From: Patescibacteria group bacterium | Lineage (GTDB): Bacteria; Patescibacteriota; Kazan-3B-28; UBA10110 | Assembly: GCA_041659905.1 (NCBI GenBank) | Contig: JBAZXK010000002.1 | Coordinates: 128,593 to 192,592 of the forward strand | Reading direction: 5' to 3' | DNA: 64,000 nt | Part shown: positions 57,790 through 64,000 of the stretch, piece by piece | Layout: each line of letters opens with the position of its first letter | How positions within the stretch are numbered: position 1 is the stretch's first letter | The notes under the pieces: generated by a model | The model's input: the letters and a program-made list of their open reading frames with translations, nothing else | Told to the model about the DNA's origin: nothing | Databases searched by the model: none | Translations under genes and position numbers: made by a program

Positions 57790-58180
57790 TTATTCCCCTC
57801 CTGCTCCTCGAGTCTGAGCCTCGGAGTCGAAGACCGGAGCCTGCCTGCCGGTAGGCAGGGAGGGGTGAGGGGAGGTGGGAGTATATTCCCCGAGCGGAGT
57901 CGAGCCTGCCTGCCGGTAGGCAGGGGGCTACCTTTGATTTGTAAAATCAATCAACCATTTTCTGTTACTTTCCCGAGGAAAGTAACCAAAGTCTTCTCGC
58001 AGTCGCTCTGGCTTGGTATTTAGCTAAAAATTACCTGGCTGTTCTCGCCGGTATATACCGGCTCCACGCACTGGTAATTTTTGGAATACCTAACACTCGA
58101 GCTCCAATGGCTGGAATGTAAAATCAAGACATCCCTCCTCCAAGGGCCGGTTAGATGAAAAGACGCTCAAACTCCAATGG
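57790..58180. repeat. Composite palindromic element copy C (two 20-mers, a 30-nt insert, structured element 57961-58114)
   Basis: Colinear with 31910-32283. Confidence 0.85.
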
Positions 58181-58263
58181 CCACGAAATACAACGGTCGT
58201 TGTATTTCGTGGCCTAGTATACCATCCGTCATTCTGGGGAGCTCATGGGGCGACTCCAGAATC
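58179..58263. repeat. 36-nt near-perfect palindrome followed by a GTCA-type REP singlet
   Basis: GGCCACGAAATACAACG-GT-CGTTGTATTTCGTGGCC; CCGTCATTCTGGGGAG..CGACTCCAGAATC as at 21155. Confidence 0.8.
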
Positions 58264-58337
58264 TTTCCTGGTTTTTTTATTGGTTTTAGATGTAGAATAT
58301 AAATATTCATTATATTTATTAACAAATAGGTATTATC

Positions 58338-59471
58338 ATGGGGAAGAAACTAAAGAAAATAAAAACAAACAAGTCCTTGAAGTCTCTCTTCAGCAACAAG
58401 CCACTCCTCTTTATAGTGGCTATTGTGGTATTGGTTGTAATCTTCTCCAATTCAAGCGTAAGAGCTTTTCTTAGAATGCCTAGTCAGGCAGCCGAAATTA
58501 CTCCAGGTACCTCACCATCTACATCAACTTCCTGCATATTCTATGCATCTTCTTTAGGCAACGATCAGAATAATGGCAGTGCTCCCCAAGATCAATACGC
58601 AGTCAGAACTATTAAAAAAGCAATTCAGTTGTCGAAGGCTAATTGTCCAGTCTCGGCGACAATTAAGCTTGTCGGCAGTCAGTATAATGTTTCAGATCTT
58701 GATATAAATACAGCAAATCCAATTACAGTTAATGGAGAGACAAAAAACATCACTATCACTTCGAGTGGCGCTAATAAAACTGAGGTTAAGTATGTTAGTC
58801 CAAATAATGATGATAGTACGGTAACATTTTCTAATGAGGTTAATTTTAATCCGAATGGCACGATCACTATTACAAACATCATATTTAATAATGTTGGGAT
58901 TCGTACTTTAACACGCTCGTATAGTACATATGTCACAGGGAATATTCTTACAAATCAGACTAACCATGATCCAAATGACCAGGCACGATTAGTGGTGGGA
59001 TCTTTCCTTAATGCTGATGCGGGTATTATCAAAATATATAACAATAAGTTTATGTTTGATGAGACTACCTCAGGAAATATAAACGAGGGCGTTATTATAG
59101 ATAATCTATCATATGCCACCCTGTTGGATGTATCTAATAATACCTTTAATTACTTCTCATATCCAAACCAATATAGTGATTCTAATACTGAAGAAACTAA
59201 ATTTATAGGTATCAGATTACATCAAAACAACAGTCAGGCATCAATCGCAAATAATAATTTTGTGACCCAAGGAGTATCTGTTGTAGGAAAAAGCATCATA
59301 TCTGCCAATATCCACAATTTTGGCCTAGTTTCGGATAGGTCTGTTATCAAGACAACAATAGAAAAAAACAATTTCTCAAAGTTCAATGGGATTGATGTTA
59401 GCGTTATTTCTCCACCTGTACAAGGGAGCGAATCCCAGAACATACTCATTCATAATAATATAGGTATATAA
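58338..59471 (+). CDS. Membrane-anchored right-handed beta-helix-like surface protein
   Basis: N-terminal TM, YASSLGNDQNNGS..RTIKKAI cap motif, repeated I.NN.F turns, N/S/T/I-rich, AT-rich DNA. Confidence 0.75.
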   Translation: MGKKLKKIKTNKSLKSLFSNKPLLFIVAIVVLVVIFSNSSVRAFLRMPSQAAEITPGTSPSTSTSCIFYASSLGNDQNNGSAPQDQYAVRTIKKAIQLSKANCPVSATIKLVGSQYNVSDLDINTANPITVNGETKNITITSSGANKTEVKYVSPNNDDSTVTFSNEVNFNPNGTITITNIIFNNVGIRTLTRSYSTYVTGNILTNQTNHDPNDQARLVVGSFLNADAGIIKIYNNKFMFDETTSGNINEGVIIDNLSYATLLDVSNNTFNYFSYPNQYSDSNTEETKFIGIRLHQNNSQASIANNNFVTQGVSVVGKSIISANIHNFGLVSDRSVIKTTIEKNNFSKFNGIDVSVISPPVQGSESQNILIHNNIGI

Positions 59472-59496
59472 TTCTGGTATCTGATCTATTTAAGAC

Positions 59497-59524
59497 TTCA
59501 ACGGCTCATCGATGAGCCGTTGAA
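59497..59524. terminator. Perfect 28-bp palindrome between convergent genes
   Basis: TTCAACGGCTCATCGATGAGCCGTTGAA. Confidence 0.7.
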
Positions 59525-59543
59525 TACTTTTATAAGATTATAA

Positions 59544-59600
59544 CCTGCCCGTGGCCGAGATTTACCGGCCAGGGAGTCGCTTCACTCCCCAGAATGACGG
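59544..59600. repeat. GTCA-type REP arm (providing the recX stop) abutting a CCTGCCCGT..CGGCCAGGG unit
   Basis: Minus strand CCGTCATTCTGGGGAGTGAAGCGACTCC; the adjacent unit resembles the rsmA insert at 21929-21961. Confidence 0.75.
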
Positions 59601-60190
59601 CTGAAAATGGCTTTACTGATGACGCTGTAATTAAATCCTTTGCGAGCAAGATAGAATTTGAGTTGGTCGGGGGTTTTTGAGTGGCTGAATTTGGCGACGA
59701 GTTTGGTAGCGGTGGCTAATTCTTGATCGGCTAATTCGGGTTGGGCGAGAGTTTCTCGGATAATATTTTCGGCTATCCCCTTTTGGATAAGCTCGGCTTT
59801 TAAGTGGGTAATGCTTCTATTTCGTGTTTGTGATCTTTCTTTTACCCAGTGTTCGGCAAACTTTTGATCATCCAGCCAGCCCTCTTTTTTTAAGCGGGCA
59901 ATCGTTTCGACAATGGTTTCGGGCTCAAATTTGGTTTTGAGTTTTTGGCGGATTTCAAAAATGCTTTGCGGCCGATAAGACAATAATTTCAAAACTTTGT
60001 CGTAGGCCTTGCCATTGATATCCTGTTTTTTGAGCTCTTCACAAAGTTTTGTGGAAATATCTGCTCCCACTTTCAGGTTGTGGGAAATCCAGGTGAATTT
60101 ATCGATCCCGGTCAGGAATTTATCATCCACAAACACATTTACCCGATTAGAGTTATTGGCTTGGCTCACGATTTTGGTGATTGTAGGCAT
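59582..60190 (-). CDS. recX: Regulatory protein RecX
   Basis: RVNVFVD, LLSYRPQS..EIRQKL, WLDDQKFA, ELIQKGI and LARKGF motifs. Confidence 0.9.
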   Translation of the reverse strand: MPTITKIVSQANNSNRVNVFVDDKFLTGIDKFTWISHNLKVGADISTKLCEELKKQDINGKAYDKVLKLLSYRPQSIFEIRQKLKTKFEPETIVETIARLKKEGWLDDQKFAEHWVKERSQTRNRSITHLKAELIQKGIAENIIRETLAQPELADQELATATKLVAKFSHSKTPDQLKFYLARKGFNYSVISKAIFSRHSGE

Positions 60191-60253
60191 TAGCTTATAA
60201 TAGGAGTTGATATTTTGAGCCTGTAGAATACATATTTTCTAGATTTAGTTTAA

Positions 60254-61765
60254 GTGGAAAAGAAATATATCACAACCTCAATTGCCTATATCAATGCGGC
60301 TCCCCATGTGGGGTTTGCTTGGGAACTACTCCAGGCAGATGCCTTGGCACGCTGGTATCGCCTAAATGGTCACCCGACCTGGTTTTTGACGGGGACGGAT
60401 GAGCATGGCAGTAAAATTGCCAAAGTGGCGGAAGAGGAGGGGGTAGCGCCCCAGGTGGTGGCGGATCGCAACTCGGCTTTATTTGCCAATCTCAAGCCAT
60501 TATTAAATTTGTCTAATGATGATTTTATCCGGACGGGCGACCAGGCAAGACACTTCCCGGGAGCGCAAAAATTATGGAAACAATTAGTCGCTGCAGGCGA
60601 TATTTACAAAGACAAATACATCGGGCTGTATTGTGTGGGGTGCGAGGCGTATGTCACAGAAAAAGATTTAATAGAAGGTTGTTGTCCCATTCATAAATCA
60701 GAGCCAGAGCGCATCAAGGAAGAAAACTACTTTTTCAGATTGTCGAAATATGGAGATCGCATCGCGGAGTTAATTGAGAGTAAGGAATTGAAGATTATCC
60801 CGGAAGGACGAGCGAAAGAGATCTTGAATGTGATTAAATCCGGGCTAACTGATATTAGTTTTTCTCGCCCCATGGCTAAATTGCCTTGGGGGATACCGGT
60901 ACCGGATGACCTGAATCAAACTATGTATGTTTGGTGCGATGCACTGTCTAATTACATTAGCGCCATTGGCTATGGCAGGGATGAAACTGAGTTTACCAAA
61001 TGGTGGCCGGCCGATATTCACTGTATCGGCAAAGATATTCTGCGGTTCCATGCGGCCATTTGGCCAGGAATGCTTCTGTCAGCTGGGCTGCCTTTGCCGA
61101 AGAAGATCTTAGTCCACGGATTTATTACTTCGGGTGGACAAAAAATGAGCAAAAGCTTGGGAAATGTGATTGATCCTAAGGAAGCAGTGGACGTTTATGG
61201 CGCCGATGCTTTGCGTTATTATTTACTCCGGGAACTGCCCACTACCGATGATGGCGATTTTTCCTGGAAGCGGTTCGACGAATTATATAATCATGAATTA
61301 GCGGATAACCTGGGCAATTTACTTTCGCGCGTGGTACAAATGACCAGCAAGTTTTGTGCCGGTAAAGTACCGGCAGTTGCCCCCATTTTGCCGGGAGCTG
61401 ACATAACTGCTATAGAGGTACAGAAATATTTTGAAGAATTTGATTTGCAAAAAGCCTTACTGGCCATCAATCAGTACATCAGCCAACTCAATGTATTAGT
61501 AGATACCAAAAAACCCTGGGAGTTAGCTAAACAAGGTCGTCAAGACGAAGTTGAAGAGGTGCTCTATCAACTGCTGGAAGGTTTGCGCGGCATCGCCTTG
61601 TGTCTACTGCCATTTTTGCCGGATACGGCAGACAAAATTGCTGTAACTCTGGGAGTCAATGATTTACTGACTATCACTGATTGGTCAGAGGCAATTAAGT
61701 GGGGGAAATTGTTACCTGGAACACCTATTCAGCCCAGCCCGATCCTGTTTCCTAAAAAAGTCTAG
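60254..61765 (+). CDS. metG: Methionine--tRNA ligase (short monomeric form)
   Basis: PHVG (HIGH-type), TGTDEHG, YVWCDAL, GKDILRFH and KMSKS motifs. Confidence 0.96.
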   Translation: MEKKYITTSIAYINAAPHVGFAWELLQADALARWYRLNGHPTWFLTGTDEHGSKIAKVAEEEGVAPQVVADRNSALFANLKPLLNLSNDDFIRTGDQARHFPGAQKLWKQLVAAGDIYKDKYIGLYCVGCEAYVTEKDLIEGCCPIHKSEPERIKEENYFFRLSKYGDRIAELIESKELKIIPEGRAKEILNVIKSGLTDISFSRPMAKLPWGIPVPDDLNQTMYVWCDALSNYISAIGYGRDETEFTKWWPADIHCIGKDILRFHAAIWPGMLLSAGLPLPKKILVHGFITSGGQKMSKSLGNVIDPKEAVDVYGADALRYYLLRELPTTDDGDFSWKRFDELYNHELADNLGNLLSRVVQMTSKFCAGKVPAVAPILPGADITAIEVQKYFEEFDLQKALLAINQYISQLNVLVDTKKPWELAKQGRQDEVEEVLYQLLEGLRGIALCLLPFLPDTADKIAVTLGVNDLLTITDWSEAIKWGKLLPGTPIQPSPILFPKKV

Positions 61766-61767
61766 CT

Positions 61768-62607
61768 ATGCTCTACCCATTTTTGGCTGTTATTTTTGAT
61801 GTCTTGACCCTGATCTCTACCAAGCGGATTTTTGTTAAATTCAAAAATCTAGATTATAAATCGTTTGCCTGGTGGCTATTTTTCTGGATTGCGGGTGTTG
61901 GCTTGTTAGTTTCTCCTTGGTTTGTAACTATCCAATCCACAGCTACCCAGCCGCATTATTTATGGCTGCTATTGGCCTTAGTATTTTTAGCGGCTAATTA
62001 TAACCTGCTCTTTTATTTTGGGCTCAAATATGAAAAAGTTTCTGAGATCGAACCTTTTCTGTTATTCAATCCCCTTATTGCCATTGTGATCGCTAGCCTA
62101 TTTTTCCCCGGGGAACGGTCTTGGCACGTTTATTTGGCGGCAGCCGTGGCCGGCTTAGCTTTGGCGTGGTCGCATTTGGATCGTCAGCATCTTAAACTGT
62201 CTCGGCCGCTTCTGGCCATCCTAGGTTTTGCTCTATTGCATGGATTGGAGGCTGTCATTATCAAGGAATTATTAATGGTTTACTCACCTCTAGCCCTTTA
62301 TTTAGTGCGTTGCATTACCACTGCTCTGTTTCTGTGGGTGATAGAAAAAGGGAAGATCAAAAAAATTACTCTTCAGCAAGTTCCTTTCTTTCTTCTAATT
62401 GCCGTGGGTGCACTGGTTACAAGTGTGTTAATCTATACTTCATATCATGGCATAGGAATTAGCATGACCATGGCGGTATTACTCTTATCTCCCATATTGG
62501 TTTATTTGCTGTCAGTCCTGTATTTGCGCGAAAAACTGCAATGGAAGAATATAGTGTCTAGCGTGGTGATTATTGGAGCAATTATTTGGTTGAGCGTAGT
62601 GCGATGA
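61768..62607 (+). CDS. DMT/EamA-family transporter
   Basis: About 10 TMs in two repeats with P..........L.E motifs. Confidence 0.8.
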   Translation: MLYPFLAVIFDVLTLISTKRIFVKFKNLDYKSFAWWLFFWIAGVGLLVSPWFVTIQSTATQPHYLWLLLALVFLAANYNLLFYFGLKYEKVSEIEPFLLFNPLIAIVIASLFFPGERSWHVYLAAAVAGLALAWSHLDRQHLKLSRPLLAILGFALLHGLEAVIIKELLMVYSPLALYLVRCITTALFLWVIEKGKIKKITLQQVPFFLLIAVGALVTSVLIYTSYHGIGISMTMAVLLLSPILVYLLSVLYLREKLQWKNIVSSVVIIGAIIWLSVVR

Positions 62608-63386
62608 ATTATATCGATACCCATTGTCATCTTAATTTCCCCCAGTTCCATCGCGATATGGAAAAAACAGTTTTGCGGTCTTTGCAGGCAGGTTTAATTT
62701 ATTTAATTAATGTGGGAACTGATCTGCGTACCTCTAACGAAAGTGTTAATCTCGCCAGCCGGTATAAGGAAATTTATGCGGCCGTGGGGGTGCACCCGCA
62801 TGACGCCAGGAAGAATCTGGTCGGCATCAGCGCCAGCTTAACTCCCCTATTACGCCATCTCAAAGTGGTTGCAGTGGGCGAAATCGGACTAGATTTTTAT
62901 CGCAATTTATCGTCGCAAGAGAATCAGAAAACAATTTTTATTGAACAGCTCCAACTGGCTCTCAAACACCATAAACCAGTGATACTGCATTGTCGTGATG
63001 CCTACCGCGATGTACTGAATATCCTAGACGAGTTTTATTTGCCAGAGCTAAAAGACTCTCTTCCCGGAGTAATCCATTCTTTTTCGGCCGGTCCAAATTA
63101 TTTACAAGAATTTTTGCGGCGTGGGTTCTATATCGGGTTTAACGGCATGATTACTTATCCCGATCATGAAAGTCTATTAGAATCAGTTCGCAATACACCG
63201 CTGGACCGATTACTATTAGAAACTGATGCGCCTTATTTGTCGCCCTTGGCTCATCGGGGAGAACGCAATGAGCCGATGTTGGTTAAAGAAGTGGCAGCGC
63301 GAGTGGCGGAATTAAAAGGCATTGATGTAGAAGAGGTGGTGAACAGGAGTACAGCCAATGCCATAGCTTTATTTAAGCTACAATAA
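62604..63386 (+). CDS. tatD: TatD-family hydrolase
   Basis: IDTHCHL, GVHPH, GEIGLDF, LHCRDA and LETDAPYL motifs. Confidence 0.93.
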   Translation: MNYIDTHCHLNFPQFHRDMEKTVLRSLQAGLIYLINVGTDLRTSNESVNLASRYKEIYAAVGVHPHDARKNLVGISASLTPLLRHLKVVAVGEIGLDFYRNLSSQENQKTIFIEQLQLALKHHKPVILHCRDAYRDVLNILDEFYLPELKDSLPGVIHSFSAGPNYLQEFLRRGFYIGFNGMITYPDHESLLESVRNTPLDRLLLETDAPYLSPLAHRGERNEPMLVKEVAARVAELKGIDVEEVVNRSTANAIALFKLQ

Positions 63387-63390
63387 AACC

Positions 63391-64000
63391 ATGGAAGATC
63401 TGTTTGCTCCAGTCGAGTGGCTGCAAGAGGCGGGATACCGGGCTTATCTGGTGGGAAATCAATCACGCAACGCAGTATTACAAGAAAAGCCTGCCGGCCA
63501 AGATATCGATATTGCTACTTCCGCTTTGCCGCGCGAGGTGGGCAAGATTTTATCTCAGCAACAGATTGTGCCAGCCCGCCTGGATGTCAAATTCGGGGTG
63601 GTGGCTTTTTTGTGGCAAGGTCGGGATTACGAAATCACCACTTTTCGGGAAGATATCTATGATCCGCAATTTAACCATATCCGGCGTACTCCCATCGAAA
63701 TAAAATTTCATAAGGACACCAAATTAGATGCGTTACGCCGGGATTTTACGATCAATGCGATCTATTGGAATCCTAAAAACAATCATTTTATCGATCCGGT
63801 AGACGGTATTAAAGATTTAGAGAATAAAACCCTGCGGTTTATTGGGGATGCGGAAACGCGTATCAAAGAAGATCCTCTAAGAGTTCTACGGGCGATTCGG
63901 TTTAAGTATAGTCTGGGTTTGAAATATGCCGCCACGACTTTAAAAGCGTTAATTAAATACGGCAAGCTGGTACATAAACTTCAGCCATCGCTCCTAAAAA
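63391..64000 (+). CDS. Class II CCA-adding/poly(A) polymerase-family nucleotidyltransferase, 3'-partial (missing from the ORF track)
   Basis: [45 protein letters not shown]; frame open to the window end. Confidence 0.9.
   Translation, partial: MEDLFAPVEWLQEAGYRAYLVGNQSRNAVLQEKPAGQDIDIATSALPREVGKILSQQQIVPARLDVKFGVVAFLWQGRDYEITTFREDIYDPQFNHIRRTPIEIKFHKDTKLDALRRDFTINAIYWNPKNNHFIDPVDGIKDLENKTLRFIGDAETRIKEDPLRVLRAIRFKYSLGLKYAATTLKALIKYGKLVHKLQPSLLK

Noticed and set aside
57744-58023. ORFs with LPAGRQ/LPTGRQ peptides (also 50667-50858, 32015-32301, 35808-36008)
   Set aside because: They are translations of the palindromic repeats, with no RBS or coding signal.
1-64000. CRISPR array or cas genes
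   Set aside because: The repeats are dispersed palindromes with no regular repeat-spacer period, and no Cas-like ORF was recognised.
1-64000. Alternative genetic code (TGA readthrough as in Gracilibacteria)
   Set aside because: Conserved proteins are full length under code 11, and several end properly at TGA (ruvX, recX, the WecA-like gene).

Overview
This is a gene-dense chromosomal window from a small-genome bacterium. The gene set and order, the truncated AlaRS/MetRS, the TrmB regulators and the FtsA-like/baseplate-J-like pair point to Patescibacteria (CPR), which is an inference. The backbone is housekeeping: hppA, holA, rpsT, rpsO, pnp, rnj, ftsK, yajQ, recA, rsmI, rsmA, pcrA, yebC, ruvC, ruvA, mltG, split comEC, rplY, alaS, ruvX, HU, trxB, a glutamate-type dehydrogenase, recX, metG, tatD and a partial CCA-adding enzyme, plus six tRNAs (Gly-TCC, Arg-TCT, His-GTG, Arg-CCG, Lys-CTT, Glu-TTC). 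Single accessory genes or short cassettes sit between these, including two radical SAM proteins, panD, a PEP-utilising mobile-domain protein, a beta-helix protein and coiled-coil proteins. I recognised no transposase, integrase, prophage or CRISPR array. The most striking signals are non-coding. (1) Very short palindromic elements of 20-54 nt insert into one another and, in frame, into ruvC, rsmA and rsmI. (2) A roughly 150-250 nt structured element occurs three times with compensatory base changes, each time ahead of accessory genes. (3) A duplicated TrmB regulator/divergent-promoter/RBS module has paired TGT-N12-ACA boxes and different cargo genes starting at the same conserved RBS-ATG. (4) A 135-nt inverted duplication brackets yajQ-recA. 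(5) A tRNA-Glu 3'-end duplication encloses a small hairpin-rich element. (6) Many recombination and competence genes appear leaderless. All calls come from reading the sequence; no database searches were run.
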